Part shown: one piece after another, positions 30,697 through 41,244 of the stretch
Layout: each line of letters starts with the position of its first letter
Position numbering within the stretch: position 1 is the stretch's first letter
DNA from: Pirellulales bacterium
GTDB taxonomy: Bacteria; Planctomycetota; Planctomycetia; Pirellulales; PALSA-1355
DNA length: 64,000 nucleotides
Assembly: GCA_963733035.1 (NCBI GenBank)
Contig: CAVTBU010000008.1
Location: 456,424-520,423, forward strand
Direction: 5' to 3'
Notes under the pieces: model-generated
Told to the model about the DNA's origin: nothing
Databases searched by the model: none
Seen by the model: only the letters and a program-made list of their open reading frames with translations
Translations under genes and position numbers: made by a program

Positions 30697-31580
30697 AGGT
30701 ACAAGGCAGTAACAGCCCGGAGTGGATTTCGCGTCGCGGTTTCCTGGGCGGCGTCGTGGCCGCGACCGCCGGTTCCGCCATTACGGGCTTCTCGCTTCCC
30801 AGCCGTGCAACCGCGTCAAACGAGACGCCGCGCATCAAGAAGGCCGTCAAGTACCAGATGATCCAGGAAGATCTGCCGGTACTTGACAAATTTAAGCTGC
30901 TGGCCGACCTCGGCTTCGATGGCACGGAGATTCACGTCACGACGAAGATCGACCGCGACGAAGTCCGCCGGGCAATCGACGCGACCGGCGTGGTGGTGCA
31001 TGGATTCCTCAACAGCGACAAGCCCGACCTGAAGCACGCGATTGACAGCGCGAGGTTCTATGGCGGTACGAGTGTGCTGGTGGTGGCAGGACGGGTCGAC
31101 AAGGACCACGCTTACGACCAGGTTTATCGCCAGCAGCAGGAGCGAATCAAAGCCGCGCTGCCGTATGCTGAAAGCCAGGGAATCAAGCTCCTGATAGAAA
31201 ATGTGTGGAACAACTTCCTACTTAGCCCTCTGGAGATGGCCCGCTTCATCGATGAGCTGGATAGCCCGGCCATTGGCGCATATTTCGACGTTGGCAACGT
31301 CGTCCGGTTCGGTTGGCCGCAGCAGTGGATTCGCATTCTCGGCAAACGGATCGGCAAGCTCGACATCAAGGAATACAGTCGCCAGAAGCAAAACAACGAG
31401 GGCCCGAGAAAAGGATTTGCCGTCGAGATCGGCGAAGGAGATTGCGACTGGCCAGCAGTACGGCAGGCACTGGTCGACGTAGGTTACACCTCGGGCTGGG
31501 CCACCGCCGAAGTTCCCGGCGGCGACCGACAGCGGCTGGCCGACATCGCAGCGCGGATGGATCGCGTGCTGCGGTTATGA
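30693..31580 (+). CDS. Tat-exported sugar-phosphate isomerase/epimerase (AP_endonuc_2 TIM barrel)
   Basis: SRRGFL Tat motif; IENVWNNFL, FDVGN, LDIKEY, GEGDCDW, TAEV. Confidence 0.85.
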   Translation: MKVQGSNSPEWISRRGFLGGVVAATAGSAITGFSLPSRATASNETPRIKKAVKYQMIQEDLPVLDKFKLLADLGFDGTEIHVTTKIDRDEVRRAIDATGVVVHGFLNSDKPDLKHAIDSARFYGGTSVLVVAGRVDKDHAYDQVYRQQQERIKAALPYAESQGIKLLIENVWNNFLLSPLEMARFIDELDSPAIGAYFDVGNVVRFGWPQQWIRILGKRIGKLDIKEYSRQKQNNEGPRKGFAVEIGEGDCDWPAVRQALVDVGYTSGWATAEVPGGDRQRLADIAARMDRVLRL

Positions 31581-31655
31581 CCAACACGTGAAGTCGACGT
31601 GCCATAAATCGGCGTAATGCCATTTGTTTAATCTGCGGTAGACAGCCGGACCTGA

Positions 31656-32501
31656 ATGTCACGACTACTAGAAATCCGTGAGCTGTTGAAATTGTCGCCC
31701 GCTGAAATGCAGGAGAGGGCGGGCCGCCGGCTCAAAATCTGCCCCGACATCGACTCGCTGCACCAGCACTTTGCCGAAGCGATCGCCGCGGAAATCAAGA
31801 CGAACAATGCCCGGAACCGGCCGACGAAGTTGATCCTGCCGGTCGGACCGGTCGGGCAGTATCCAATTCTTGCCGAGATCGTCAACCGCGAGGATATCAG
31901 CCTTCGGCAGTGTTGGTTCTTCATGATGGACGAGCACTGCGACGACAACGGCATCGTGCTGCCGACCGAACATCCGCTCAGCTTTCGGCACGCGTTCAAC
32001 GAGCTGTTCGCAGTGCGAGTGAACGACGGCCTGATGGTTCCAGCGGAGCAAGTAATCTTTCCCGATCACCTGAACGTGCAACATCTAAAGGATCAGATCT
32101 CCGCCGCCGATGGCATCGACACAACCTACGGCGGCATTGGAATTCACGGCCACATTGCCTACAACGAGCCGGAACCGGGCGTTCGTCAGTCCGATCCCCG
32201 CCTCGTGTACCTGAACGACTTCACACGCACGATCAACGCCATCCGCGCACAAATTGGTGGCAATCTGGAAGGTCACCCGCGCAAGGGCATCACCCTCGGC
32301 ATGCGTCAACTACTGGGGGCGAAACGCATTCGTCTCTATTGCCGCAACGGCATCGCGCTCGATTGGGCCAACACCGTGCTGCGACTCGCGCTGTTCGGTC
32401 AGCCGGGCGATGACTATCCGGTCACGTATATCCGTGAGCACGAGGACTATGCCATCGTGACCGATGAAGACACCGCACGCACACCGCGTTTCGTAGTTTA
32501 G
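31656..32501 (+). CDS. Glucosamine-6-phosphate deaminase/isomerase-like protein
   Basis: MMDEH and GGIGIHGHIAYNEP catalytic motifs; phosphate loop reads LPVGPVGQY. Confidence 0.8.
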   Translation: MSRLLEIRELLKLSPAEMQERAGRRLKICPDIDSLHQHFAEAIAAEIKTNNARNRPTKLILPVGPVGQYPILAEIVNREDISLRQCWFFMMDEHCDDNGIVLPTEHPLSFRHAFNELFAVRVNDGLMVPAEQVIFPDHLNVQHLKDQISAADGIDTTYGGIGIHGHIAYNEPEPGVRQSDPRLVYLNDFTRTINAIRAQIGGNLEGHPRKGITLGMRQLLGAKRIRLYCRNGIALDWANTVLRLALFGQPGDDYPVTYIREHEDYAIVTDEDTARTPRFVV

Positions 32502-32533
32502 GGGCGCGGGATCAAGGGCTAGACCAAACAAAC

Positions 32534-33244
32534 ATGAGACTCAAATTTGCTGACGAACGCGTTCTGGCCATTGTTGCCCACCCCGATGACGCCGAGCTGC
32601 TTTGCGCTGGAACTCTGGCCCGGGCCAAGGCTGACGGCGCGTCAATTGGCATCTGCGTGCTCTGTCGCGGCGACAAGGGTCAGCCGGCGGCGCCAATTGA
32701 GAATCTGGCCGAGGTTCGCAATCGAGAGATGCAGGCGGCAGCCGAGCTCTTGGGCGTGCAAGTGCTCACCGCTGGGTTTGGTGACGGAGAGTTGTTTGAC
32801 TCCACCGAGGCCCGCAGAGCGGTCGTCGAGCTGGTACGGCAATTTTGCCCCACACTCGTACTGGCCCACGCGGCGAACGACTATCACCCAGACCATCGGG
32901 CTGCGTCCGAGTTAGCGGAAGCGGCATCGTGGTTTTGTGCGTCGGCGGGGCAGAAAACCGCGTCACCGCCTCTCGAAAAACCGCCGGCTCTGTGGTGGAT
33001 GGACACCGTGGAGATGATTGGGTTCGAACCGCATTTCTACGTCGACGTGACCGGATTCCTGGAACTCAAACGGCAGATGCTTCATTGCCACCAGAGCCAG
33101 CTGGCCCGTGGGGATGACGCTGACTTTTCGCCGCTCGAGGCCGTAATGATCCGGCAATGTGAAACCCGTGGCGCTCAGGCGGGAGTTCGGGCGGCCGAGG
33201 CATTTCGACAACACGAAGCTTGGAAACGGACGAGCGCATGGTGA
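32534..33244 (+). CDS. PIG-L/LmbE family N-deacetylase
   Basis: AHPDDAE, RNREM, DYHPDH, HQSQ, AEAF. Confidence 0.92.
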   Translation: MRLKFADERVLAIVAHPDDAELLCAGTLARAKADGASIGICVLCRGDKGQPAAPIENLAEVRNREMQAAAELLGVQVLTAGFGDGELFDSTEARRAVVELVRQFCPTLVLAHAANDYHPDHRAASELAEAASWFCASAGQKTASPPLEKPPALWWMDTVEMIGFEPHFYVDVTGFLELKRQMLHCHQSQLARGDDADFSPLEAVMIRQCETRGAQAGVRAAEAFRQHEAWKRTSAW

Positions 33245-34546
33245 ACGCAAGCGGCCCGCCGCCGGAATCGAATTTGCACGAACCCTGGTACCACGGCGTC
33301 AGTGGCTACCAGTGGCTCGTGTTGGCGATCGCCTCGGCGGGCTGGATCTTTGACGTCTATGAAGGCCAGATTTTCAACATTACCCGCAACCAAATGCTGT
33401 CTGACATCCTGGGCAGCGAAGGAGGCGATGTAAAGAAATACGGCGACATGTTCCTCGGCATCTTTCTGCTGGGTGGAACCGTGGGAGGACTGGCCGCGGG
33501 ATCATTGGCAGACCGTTTCGGTCGGCGGCCGATCATGGTCGTCACAATCTTGATGTATTCGCTCTTCTCCGGGCTCACCTACTTTGCAACCGAGCTTTGG
33601 CATGTCGCCAGCCTGCGGTTTCTAGTGGCGATGGGCGTTGGCGGCGAATGGGCAGTGGCGGCAAGTCTCGTCGCCGAGGTATTTCCAGCCCGGGCGCAGG
33701 CGCAAGCATCGGGCATCTTCCATGCCTCGAGTGTGCTGGGAACCTGGATGGCGGCCTTGGCCGGCATGGCCGTCGGCGCACAATGGCGGTATGCCTATCT
33801 GTTCGGCATCGTTCCAGCGCTGTTGGTGCTTTGGGTGCGTGCAAGTGTGCGCGAGCCGCGCAAGTGGCAGGAAACGAAAGCGCAGGCCGAATCCGCCAAC
33901 CGTGGTGGACAACTCGGAAGCTTTCGCGACCTGTTGCTGAATCCCGTCTGGGGACCTCGAGCGTTCCTGGGAATGGGATTGGCTGCCGTGGGATTGGGAA
34001 CGTTCTGGGCGGTGACCGTGGCGGGCCAGGATTTGGCGCGCGAGCTACTGGTTCGCGGCGGCGCAAGCTCCGAGGTCGTTGCCCAGCATGCAAAATTTGC
34101 TTATGGCATCGTGCAAACAACCGGCGGGGCCGTGGGCTTGCTGTCGTTTGGTCCCCTCTGCGCGGTTCGGGCGCCGGCGAACGTTCATCGTGATTCAATT
34201 GCTGGCGTTCCTTTTCGTCCCGATAACGTGTTTCCTGCCGCAAACCTATCGCGAACTGCTCTGGCTCTTGCCACCGTTTGGATTCCTGACGCTGGGCCTG
34301 CACGCGGGCTATGCGATCTACTTCCCGGAGTTGTTCCCCACGCATTTGCGGGCCACGGGAACCAGTTTCTGTTTCAACGGCGGACGCATCCTGGCCGTGC
34401 CGGTATTGTTTTTCTCCGGATGGCTCAAGGCGCGGGAAGGCATGGACCTGCGAGTCGCAATCTCGTCGCTGGGAGCGCTATTTCTCGTGGGTGTGGTGTT
34501 GATGCTGTTTCTACCGGAAACAAAAGGAAAAGAACTGCCTGAGTAG
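33238..34546 (+). CDS. MFS transporter, frameshift near 34160
   Basis: GSLADRFGRRP, GVGGEW; second ORF has FGRRR, PELFPTHLRATG, LPETKG. Confidence 0.88.
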
Positions 34547-34557
34547 GCAAGACGCCG

Positions 34558-35643
34558 ATGGACAATTGGACCCTCTTCATCACGATTGCCGTGGTTATCA
34601 CGGCCGCGGGCTTTGTGCAGAGTGCGATGGGCTTTGGCTACGCGATCGTGGCGCTGGCAATCCTGCCGCTGGTCATCGATATCCGCATGGCGAACATCGT
34701 GGTCTCGCTGAGCGTGATCTTGCCTTTGGGCGCTGCGGTATGGGCCTACCGCCACGAAATCGATTGGCCAACGATCGCTTGGTGCCTGACGGGTTCGGTC
34801 GTAGGGCTGGCATTCGGTTTAATCGTGTTTTCCACGATCGATGCCACCTGGCTGATGCGTGCAACCGGCGGCGTCATCTTTTTGCTGGCGCTCGATGGAC
34901 TTCGCACGCGACGCGACACCGAAACGCAACGGCAATTCTCCCACGGCTGGAGCGCCGTGGCCGGGGCGGCAGGCGGCGTGCTATCCGGGTCGATCGGCAT
35001 GGGCGGCCCGCCGATTGTCGCATTTGCCGCGCGGCAGACGTGGTCGCCGGTCCGCGTCAAAGCGTTCCTGACCAGCGTGGCATTGATTCTATCCGTGCTC
35101 AAGGGGGTGGGGCTCGCGGCGACTGGTTGGGTCGACCAGGCCGTCCTGTTTTATTCCGGGGCATCCATTCCGTTCGGTTTGGCAGGCAGCCACCTGGGCG
35201 TCGTTGCCTCACGAAACATGAACCCTCAACTCTTTCGCAAAATCACGATGCTGGTGCTTCTGCTGCTGTCGATCGGCATGATCGTTCGCGGGCAGCCGAA
35301 TGGCCCAGGTATCGATAAGGCGCAAAACACCCACGGTAAGTCACGCAGTTGGTGTGCTATCGAGAGCTCGGATGATGCCAAGCACAAGGAACATCCGAAG
35401 ATGACGGAAAGTGTTCGTCGAGCCTCGTACCATCAGTCCGACTGGCAGCGCCTGGAACCGGACAGCGACGAACAGCCATCGCAGGTACTCATGCCATTGG
35501 GCCACTCCCCAAGGGAACCCTGTGGGAAACGACCGCTGTCCCGGAACTTAGGGGCAAGCAATGCGCGTCGCGGAAATCTTGCTGGAACGAGAGCCGGCTG
35601 CCGTCGAGGAAGCCGATGTGATCGAGTACTACCTATAGGTTGA
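34558..35643 (+). CDS. TauE/SafE family sulfite/sulfonate exporter; last ~110 aa look non-homologous
   Basis: AAGFVQSAMGFG, GVLSGSIGMGGPP, about 8 TM segments. Confidence 0.8.
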   Translation: MDNWTLFITIAVVITAAGFVQSAMGFGYAIVALAILPLVIDIRMANIVVSLSVILPLGAAVWAYRHEIDWPTIAWCLTGSVVGLAFGLIVFSTIDATWLMRATGGVIFLLALDGLRTRRDTETQRQFSHGWSAVAGAAGGVLSGSIGMGGPPIVAFAARQTWSPVRVKAFLTSVALILSVLKGVGLAATGWVDQAVLFYSGASIPFGLAGSHLGVVASRNMNPQLFRKITMLVLLLLSIGMIVRGQPNGPGIDKAQNTHGKSRSWCAIESSDDAKHKEHPKMTESVRRASYHQSDWQRLEPDSDEQPSQVLMPLGHSPREPCGKRPLSRNLGASNARRGNLAGTRAGCRRGSRCDRVLPIG

Positions 35644-35789
35644 AAACGAATACTCGCCGATTCGCGGGTATCCAAGGCGACGAAGTGCAAGGCTTGTTAG
35701 ACTGAATTGAGCGTCGCAAGCGACGCAGATTCGCGGAATTCTCGGCCGAGATTCTGATGGCCCGTACGAACACATGTGGAAACAACCCG

Positions 35790-37236
35790 ATGAAGCGACT
35801 CGCTTGTTTGAACTCGCCAAGTGCCATGCTCCCGGCGTTTCTCTATGCATGCTTGGCTTGGTTCCTACCTGGTGTCGCATCGGCCGCTGACGCGCGGCCG
35901 CCGAATGTGGTGTTGATCCTCGCCGATGACCTGGGCTGGTCTGACTTGGGCTGCTACGGAGCCGACCTGCATGAAACGCCGCACATCGATCGACTGGCGC
36001 GGGACGGCATGCGTTTTACCAGCGCATACGCCGCTTCAATTTGCTCACCCACCCGCGCCGCGCTGATGACCGGCAAACATTACGCGCGGTTGCATATGAC
36101 CATCTGGTACGAAGGCTCGCTGGAGCCAGACCGCAATCACAAGCTGCGGCCGCCGCAGTCCGTGGGCAACCTGCCGCTGGACGAAGTGACGCTGGCCGAG
36201 CGACTGCACGAGGCGGGCTACCTCACGGCGCTGGTGGGTAAGTGGCACCTGGGAGACGCCGGTCACTATCCCGAGACGCAAGGCTTCGACGTCAACATCG
36301 GCGGCACGCACTGGGGCGCGCCGCAAACTTTCTTCTATCCGTACCGAGGTGATCGCCACTACGGCCGTGAAATGCGCTACGTGCCGGACCTTCCGTACGG
36401 AGACGAGGGCGAATACCTCACCGACCGGCTCACCGACGAAGCGCTCAAGGTCATCGACCGGGCCGGCGATCAACCGTTTTTCCTCTATCTGGCGCACCAC
36501 GCGGTCCACACGCCCATCGAGGGCAAGCCGAAGCTTGTCGAACACTACCGGCAGAAGCTTTCGCCAAAACTGCACCATCAAAATGCCACGTACGCCGCCA
36601 TGACGCACAGCCTCGACGACAGCGTCGGCCGAGTGCTCGCGAGGCTCGACGAGCGCAGGACTCGACGACAATACCTTGGTGATCTTTCTTTCCGACAATG
36701 GCGGGCACGTGATGCCGTTCGACGGCAAGGCCGTCACCAACAATTCGCCGTTGCGCAGCGGCAAAGGATCGCTCTATGAGGGGGGCGTGCGCGTGCCCAT
36801 GATTATCCGCTGGCCCGGCGTCACCACGGCTGGCAACGTGTGCGACGAACCGGTCTGCGTCATGGACCTGCTACCGACAATCGGCGTAGCCGTGCAACCC
36901 TCGCGGAACAAATCTTGGACCGCGCCCGACGGCACCAGCCTCGTGCCGCTGTTGAACGGCTCAGCGGCCACGCTCGATCGCGACGCACTTTATTTCCACT
37001 ATCCACACTACTATCCGACCACCACGCCCGCGAGCGCCATCCGCCAGCGCGACTGGAAGCTGCTTGAGTATTTCGAAGACGATCATGTCGAATTGTACAA
37101 CCTCAAGAACGACCTAAGTGAAGAGCACGACCTCGCCGGCGAACAATCCGAGCGCACCAGGCAATTGCGCGACAAACTACATGCCTGGCGCCGGCAGATC
37201 AACGCGCAAGTGCCGAGCTCAGCGACCGGCGGATGA
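35790..37236 (+). CDS. Formylglycine-dependent (S1) sulfatase, frameshift near 36658; start uncertain
   Basis: PNVVLILADDLG, CSPTRAALMTG, GKWHLG, SDNGG, GKGSLYEGGVRVP. Confidence 0.9.
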
Positions 37237-37276
37237 TTTGATTTGGCGCTGGTGTGCCCACGCGGCGGCGGCTTGT

Positions 37277-40200
37277 TCAGTCGACCGGCAGCAACGTTTC
37301 GGCCAATGGATTGGTGCGGCGCAAGCGGGTGATGCCGTTGTCGTAACCGGAATAGAGTTGTTTGCCATCGGCTGTAAACGCGGCGCACCAAGACAATCCT
37401 CGGCCGTCGGCCAGGCCACAACGCTCCTGCCCCGTTACAGCGTCCCAAAACGAGAGCTTGTAGCCGGTCGTAACCAGAGTTTGGCCATCAGCTGAGATCG
37501 CGACCGCGAGTAGCCCGCCGTGATGAGGGCGGATCGTCGTGAGGCACTCGCCTGTGGCGAGGTCCCAAATTCGGGCGGTGGCATCGGAAGAACAAGACGC
37601 AAGCTGCCGACCGTTCGGGTAAAACGCCACGGAGTTGACATCCTGTTGATGGCCGCGCAACGTAGTCAGCAGTTGGCCGCTGGAGGTGTTCCACAAGCGA
37701 ATTGCGCCATCGGCCGCGCCGGATGCCACACGGGAACCATCAGCGCTGGCCGCCACACTCTTGGCGGCCGTTGCTAGTTGCGCGAGCACACGGCGTTTGG
37801 TTCCCATCGAGCGGACGTCCCACACGATAACCGCGCCGTCATCGCCGGCCGAAGCCAACGTCGTGCCGTCTCCCACCAGGGCCAGGCTTCGCACGCAGTC
37901 CGTGTGGGCGCGCCATGCGCCGAGTTGCTTCGCGGATTCCACGTTCCACGCCCGCGTCACTCCATCGCGGCCGGCCGAGAAGGCCGTTTGGCCGTCGGAA
38001 GTGAGCACCAGGCTGCAAATCTCGCCGTGGCCGGCAATCCACGTATTTCGCAAGTATCCGTTGGGAGTGTACCAAAGTGAGATTCGATCTTTGCGACTGC
38101 CCGTGACGAGCGTTTCACCATCTGGTGTGGCCGCCAGCGCAACGATTCGTTCGGGCGGGCCGATCAGTTCTTCGGCAACGTGTAATCCGCGCACGACGTC
38201 CCACACGCGGATCTCGCCGTCGGCTCCGGCAGATACCAGAGATTTGCCGTCGCGAGAAAACGCCAAGGAGAAGACCCCGGCACGCTCGTGACCCGACAAC
38301 ACGTTCACCAAGCTGCCCGTGGGCGCGTCGAGAAGCGTTATCTCGCGAGCCCACTGGCCGAATGCGATCGTCATTCCGTCGGGCGAGACAGCCACGGAAT
38401 TGATGGCATTCGACGGATTGTTGGCGAACCCAGACTTCGACTTCAGAGAAGGAAATTCCCACAAGCGGAGGCGTTCGCCTCCGGAGACGAGTGTTCGCTG
38501 ATCGGGAAAGAATGCCAACCCACCAATCGGCTCTTCATGCGCATCGGAAATGCTCCGGCACACACCGCTCGATGTATCCCACACGCGGATGGTGCGGTCG
38601 AGCTTGTAGGCACTTGACACCAGGTACCGTGCGTCGCGCGAGAAGAGCAGGGACGAGATTGTGTCGGTGTGTCCCACCAATTGGTTGCGAATCTTGCCGG
38701 TCGTGGCGTCGCAGAGTGTAATGCGGGGCAAAACTCCATCGCCCAAGAAGAATATTCCGCTCGTTGCCCAAGCCAAAAGCTTTCCCTCAGGAGAGGCGGC
38801 CAAAAACTTGATGGCCGTCACGTCGCGAGCGAACACATCCGATGTGCCCGCCTCGAGATTCCAGCGTCGCACCGTCCAATCGTTGCCGGCCGAAAACAAA
38901 ATGTTGCCGGCGGGCAGAAAGGCGACGGCGTTCACCGGCCCCTTGTGGCCGCGCAATACGGAGTGCAGCGACCAGTCAGCGGCGCGCCAAATCCGAATCG
39001 TTCCATCGTCGCTGGCCGAGGCCAGCAACGCACTGTCGGGCGAGAATACAACCGAGTTAACTTGTCGGGTGTGACCGTTCAGTACCCGGTGACCGCGATG
39101 GGTCACTCCCGTCAGATACCGCCAGGTGAAATCGCGGAGATGCTCGGGACAGCGCTGCGGGTCGTGCAACAGTCCGAACGCTTCGCGCGGCACATGCAGG
39201 GCGAGCTGCGTTGCCCGTGCAAGTTGGGCATTGTACGCACTGCGAAGAGCCATTTGCCGCTCATGCTCGGCCTGGTGGCTGGCCTGAGTTGCCAACGAGA
39301 GAGCCGCACCGGCGCGCACGGCAAAATACGTAGCCGTCGCCGTGCCACCAACCAGCGTGAGCACGACCGCCGCAGCCAGACCGGTTACGACGGGATTGCG
39401 ACGGCACCACCGCCAGGCTCGCTCAACCCGCCCTACCGGCCGCGCGTGAATAGGTTCGCCGCGCACGAAACGGTCCAAGTCGTCGGCCAACGCCATTGCG
39501 CTCGTATAGCGCCGCGCAGGCTCCTTCTCCAAACACTTCAAGCAGATCGTTTCCAGGTCGCGCGGAACGTCGCTGCGAAAACGGCGCGGCCGGGGAGGTT
39601 CGTCGTGCACGATTTGTTGCGCCAACATCGAGGGGCTGCCACGAAACGGCAGCTCGCCGGTCAGCATCTCAAATAGCATCACGCCCAATGAATAAATGTC
39701 GCTCGCACCCGTGCAATGATGCGCGGCGCCGCGTGCCTGTTCCGGCGACATGTAAGCGACCGTACCAAGCACTTGACCGTCGAGCGTCAACGTCGCGGCC
39801 GTATCCCGTTTTGCCAGGCCGAAGTCCAGCAAATGCGGTTGATCAAGAGCGTCCACCACCACGTTCGCCGGTTTCAGATCGCGGTGCACGATGCCGGCGC
39901 GGTGGGCATGATCCAATCCCAGGGCGATCGCCGCGCACAGACGTGCACACCGCGTGTAGTCCACGTCTTGCGCCGCCAGCCATTGCGAAACCGAACGGCC
40001 CGCGATCAATTCGCTAACGATGTAACATTGATCGCCGTCCTGGCCGATCTCGAAGATCGCTACGATGTCGGGATGTTGCAACTGCGCGGCTGCGCGAGCT
40101 TCGCGAAGAAATAGCTCTGTTTCCCGCGCTGACAACTCGCCGCGGCGGGGTAGTTTTACCGCGACACGGCGGTCGAGCTTCGTGTCGTATGCCTCCCAGA

Positions 40201-40615
40201 CCTCGCCGAAACTGCCTTCACCAAGTCGGTGCTGCAACTCGAAGTGGGCCACTCTCCGCGACTCGCGACGGTCGGCCGGATGGAAGGCTCCGAAACGAAA
40301 CGAATGGCCACAGGTGGGACACAGGATCTCGTTGCACTCGGTGTCGGTCGACAAGGGAACTGCGTCGGCACAGCGCGGACAGCGGAGGTTCAATGGAGAC
40401 GCGGACCCGGCCCGTGCGATTGGATGCTTTTCGGCGGCCGCCCGGGCCGCCGAGATCAATCGCAGCCTCTTGAGTCCTATTTCGAGAGCAATCGCAAGTT
40501 CGGGGTGGGACGCGATAATGGTCGAATCAGAGACGGACTCTCCCTGATGCCGACGACGCATGGCCGCGTCGATGATTTCTTGCACACGGGACTCGTCGTC
40601 AACGATTAGATTCAT
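37277..40615 (-). CDS. Ser/Thr protein kinase with Zn ribbon, TM helix and WD40 repeats
   Basis: CPRC/CPTC, LGEGSFGEV, VAVK, HRDLKPAN, DFG, YMSPEQ; many GH...WD repeats. Confidence 0.93.
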   Translation of the reverse strand: MNLIVDDESRVQEIIDAAMRRRHQGESVSDSTIIASHPELAIALEIGLKRLRLISAARAAAEKHPIARAGSASPLNLRCPRCADAVPLSTDTECNEILCPTCGHSFRFGAFHPADRRESRRVAHFELQHRLGEGSFGEVWEAYDTKLDRRVAVKLPRRGELSARETELFLREARAAAQLQHPDIVAIFEIGQDGDQCYIVSELIAGRSVSQWLAAQDVDYTRCARLCAAIALGLDHAHRAGIVHRDLKPANVVVDALDQPHLLDFGLAKRDTAATLTLDGQVLGTVAYMSPEQARGAAHHCTGASDIYSLGVMLFEMLTGELPFRGSPSMLAQQIVHDEPPRPRRFRSDVPRDLETICLKCLEKEPARRYTSAMALADDLDRFVRGEPIHARPVGRVERAWRWCRRNPVVTGLAAAVVLTLVGGTATATYFAVRAGAALSLATQASHQAEHERQMALRSAYNAQLARATQLALHVPREAFGLLHDPQRCPEHLRDFTWRYLTGVTHRGHRVLNGHTRQVNSVVFSPDSALLASASDDGTIRIWRAADWSLHSVLRGHKGPVNAVAFLPAGNILFSAGNDWTVRRWNLEAGTSDVFARDVTAIKFLAASPEGKLLAWATSGIFFLGDGVLPRITLCDATTGKIRNQLVGHTDTISSLLFSRDARYLVSSAYKLDRTIRVWDTSSGVCRSISDAHEEPIGGLAFFPDQRTLVSGGERLRLWEFPSLKSKSGFANNPSNAINSVAVSPDGMTIAFGQWAREITLLDAPTGSLVNVLSGHERAGVFSLAFSRDGKSLVSAGADGEIRVWDVVRGLHVAEELIGPPERIVALAATPDGETLVTGSRKDRISLWYTPNGYLRNTWIAGHGEICSLVLTSDGQTAFSAGRDGVTRAWNVESAKQLGAWRAHTDCVRSLALVGDGTTLASAGDDGAVIVWDVRSMGTKRRVLAQLATAAKSVAASADGSRVASGAADGAIRLWNTSSGQLLTTLRGHQQDVNSVAFYPNGRQLASCSSDATARIWDLATGECLTTIRPHHGGLLAVAISADGQTLVTTGYKLSFWDAVTGQERCGLADGRGLSWCAAFTADGKQLYSGYDNGITRLRRTNPLAETLLPVD

Positions 40616-41244
40616 CGCTTGCTTAACCAAAGCGAAGACCGCACCAAACACTCACGCAGAGCCGTCTTGCCACGCTGCACCAGCCCACGAACCGCGCCCG
40701 GCGTGCGCTGCATGGCGTCGGCCGTTTCTTCCAGCGACATTCGATCCAGACAGTGCATTCGAATCGCATCGCGCTGATCCGACGGCAGCGCCGACACGCC
40801 CACTTGCACGGCCAGCACGGCTTCTTGCTGCGCGGCGTTTTGGCTGGGAGTGCCGATGTCGCCTCTCAGCAACTCCACGAGTGGCAACCATTGACTCCCC
40901 TCCTGGGCGCCGCCATCGGCGACGCGTTGAAATTCGCCGCCACGCTTTTTGCGGCGAGCACGTCGCAAGGCATCTTGTAGCCGATGCTCGGCCACCGTTT
41001 CGAGCCACGCAACAAAAGCCTGCTCACTCTGCGGGGCAATGGTGCCAATATCGCGAAACACCTGCACGAACGTGTCCTGCAAGATATCGTCGACGCCGAG
41101 TTGTGAGCGCAGATCGCTGGGCAACTTTCGACCGATTTGCGCCGCCAAGCGGTCGCAATAAAAGAATAGCAGCCGCTCAAGCGCCGCCCGATCACCCGCC
41201 ACGGCATGGGCCAGCAACTGCTCGTTGAGTGTCGAAGCCAACAT
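40612..41244 (-). CDS. ECF-type RNA polymerase sigma factor (planctomycete kinase-associated type)
   Basis: AVAGDRAALERL, DDILQDTF, AWL, RKKRGG, GTPSQ, LEETADAMQRTPGAV; 4-bp overlap with the kinase start. Confidence 0.9.
   Translation of the reverse strand: MLASTLNEQLLAHAVAGDRAALERLLFFYCDRLAAQIGRKLPSDLRSQLGVDDILQDTFVQVFRDIGTIAPQSEQAFVAWLETVAEHRLQDALRRARRKKRGGEFQRVADGGAQEGSQWLPLVELLRGDIGTPSQNAAQQEAVLAVQVGVSALPSDQRDAIRMHCLDRMSLEETADAMQRTPGAVRGLVQRGKTALRECLVRSSLWLSKR

Noticed and set aside
35310..35643. Extra C-terminal domain on TauE
   Set aside because: Low-information sequence resembling read-through into intergenic DNA; probably a lost stop.
37277..39100. WD40/kelch repeats as diversity-generating or recombining cassettes
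   Set aside because: The repeats are diverged at DNA level, and no reverse transcriptase or template repeat is visible.
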